A stretch of DNA of 64,000 nucleotides, taken from Octopus bimaculoides. Lineage: Eukaryota. This document shows, piece after piece, positions 62,905-64,000 of this stretch. The position numbers were made by a program, and so were the translations under genes. Numbering within the stretch: the first letter of the stretch is position 1; each line of letters opens with the position of its first letter. Location: NCBI RefSeq assembly GCF_001194135.2, contig NC_068999.1, positions 26,245,947 to 26,309,946 of the forward strand, given 5' to 3'. The notes below the pieces were generated by a model that saw only the letters and a program-made list of their open reading frames with translations, was not told the origin of the DNA and searched no databases.

Positions 62905-63420
62905 ATTGGGTATAAAAGCATCAGATGATGTGTGCAAGACTGCACTGGTTTGGTCATGTGGTGTGTATCAATGAGGACAGCTGCATAAAAGAAGTGCTTT
63001 GTTCTAATTGTGGAAGAGGTGGACCCAGGAAGAAGTGGGATAAAGTGGAGAGAAAGAATCTTCGGATGCTGAGCCTCACTGAGGAAATAACAAGTACCTG
63101 GTAAGATGCATCAAGCTAAGTAAAATCGCTGTTTTCCACACTTAACGGTTTGCCTGTGCTGGTGCTACTTAAAAAAAAGCACTCGTGCTGGTGCTACTTA
63201 AAAAAGCACTCGTGCTGGTGCTGTGTAAACGCACCTGTGCTGGTGGCATGTAAAATGAACCCAGTACATTGTTAAGTGGTTGGTGTTAAAAGGGCATCCA
63301 GCCACAGAAACCATGCCTCAACAAACAGCTGGAGGCTGGACAGCTCGCTGCTAGCCAGCTCCATGTCTAACTGTCCAACCCATGCCAGCATGGAAAGTGG
63401 ACATTAAATGATGGTGATGA
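62905..63420 (+). mobile_element. 5'-truncated RTE LINE with short (about 300 nt) 3'UTR
   Basis: RLHWFGHVV..INEDSCIK, GRGGPRKKW; four tandem GTGCTGGTG units; GAT tail. Confidence 0.75.
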
Positions 63421-63610
63421 GGCTTCTTTCAGGTTCTGTCTATGAAATCCACTCAAGTCAAACTGGAGCTATAGAAGAAGACACTATAGAAGCTATAGAC
63501 AGACTATAGAAGAAGACATAGAAGAAAACACTTGCTCAAGGTGCCACACACTGGAACTGAACCAGAGACCACATGGTTGGGAAGCAAGTTTCTCAACCAC
63601 ACACCTGTGC
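63421..63610 (-). mobile_element. Partial tRNA-derived SINE with internal local duplication
   Basis: Same family; repeated CTATAGAAGAAGACA. Confidence 0.65.
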
Positions 63611-64000
63611 AAGGATAGCTGAAGTAAAGAGTTGATTTGTAACAGTCACCTAACTGAGTTTAGTCTTAACTGCTATTTCTAGCATGTGGAGTGATTACAT
63701 GAAAGTCCCCCTTACTTCATCTGCTAGTTCAACAGCCTATCTACAATAAGCACAGCAAATATTGTTACTCGAATAACCAAGAGACAGGATGATTTAAAAA
63801 ATTGGGATTTTGGAAGGAATCTTTTTCAACATGTAGTGACTTCCATGAATACTCAAATGTTTTAAAACAACTAGAATTATAGTATGACAGTGAAATGTGA
63901 TAGGGTTGTGCATCCAAAGGGATGTGTGGATTTTAAAAATTTGTTATTTTGAAAAATACTTTTATTTCAGCATCAAAATTTTCATGTTACAGGAAAAACA

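Noticed and set aside
63150-63250. CRISPR-like short repeats
   Set aside because: Tandem units without unique spacers inside a eukaryotic LINE 3'UTR.

Overview
AT-rich, intron- and transposon-rich eukaryotic scaffold with six N-gaps. It is most likely an Octopus (coleoid cephalopod) genome, an inference from its SINE/RTE repeat families. Two spliced genes converge tail-to-tail. On the + strand is HADHB (mitochondrial trifunctional protein beta subunit, a thiolase): 13 coding exons recovered at 8543-22730, with the start-codon exon not found and the last exon probably inside the gap 22771-23647. On the - strand is ATAD2/ATAD2B-like (AAA+ ATPase plus bromodomain): 18 coding exons from 62348 to the stop at 23816, about 1219 aa, 5' end outside the window. 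All exon phases chain without frameshift, including one GC-AG intron and a 97-nt exon absent from the ORF track. Introns hold decayed mariner, pogo/Tigger, piggyBac-type and Helitron-type elements, RTE/CR1 LINEs, a Penelope-like element, SINEs, two LTR-like segments and microsatellites. The strongest leads are three. First, a minimal type I hammerhead ribozyme fold at 1090-1129 with a compensated U3-A8 core pair. Second, a near-identical inverted RTE 3'UTR pair bracketing a 750-nt phase-symmetric block of four ATAD2 exons (circRNA/editing candidate). Third, an 80-bp hairpin in a HADHB intron. None is proven from sequence alone, and I see no clear-cut novel multi-gene system.
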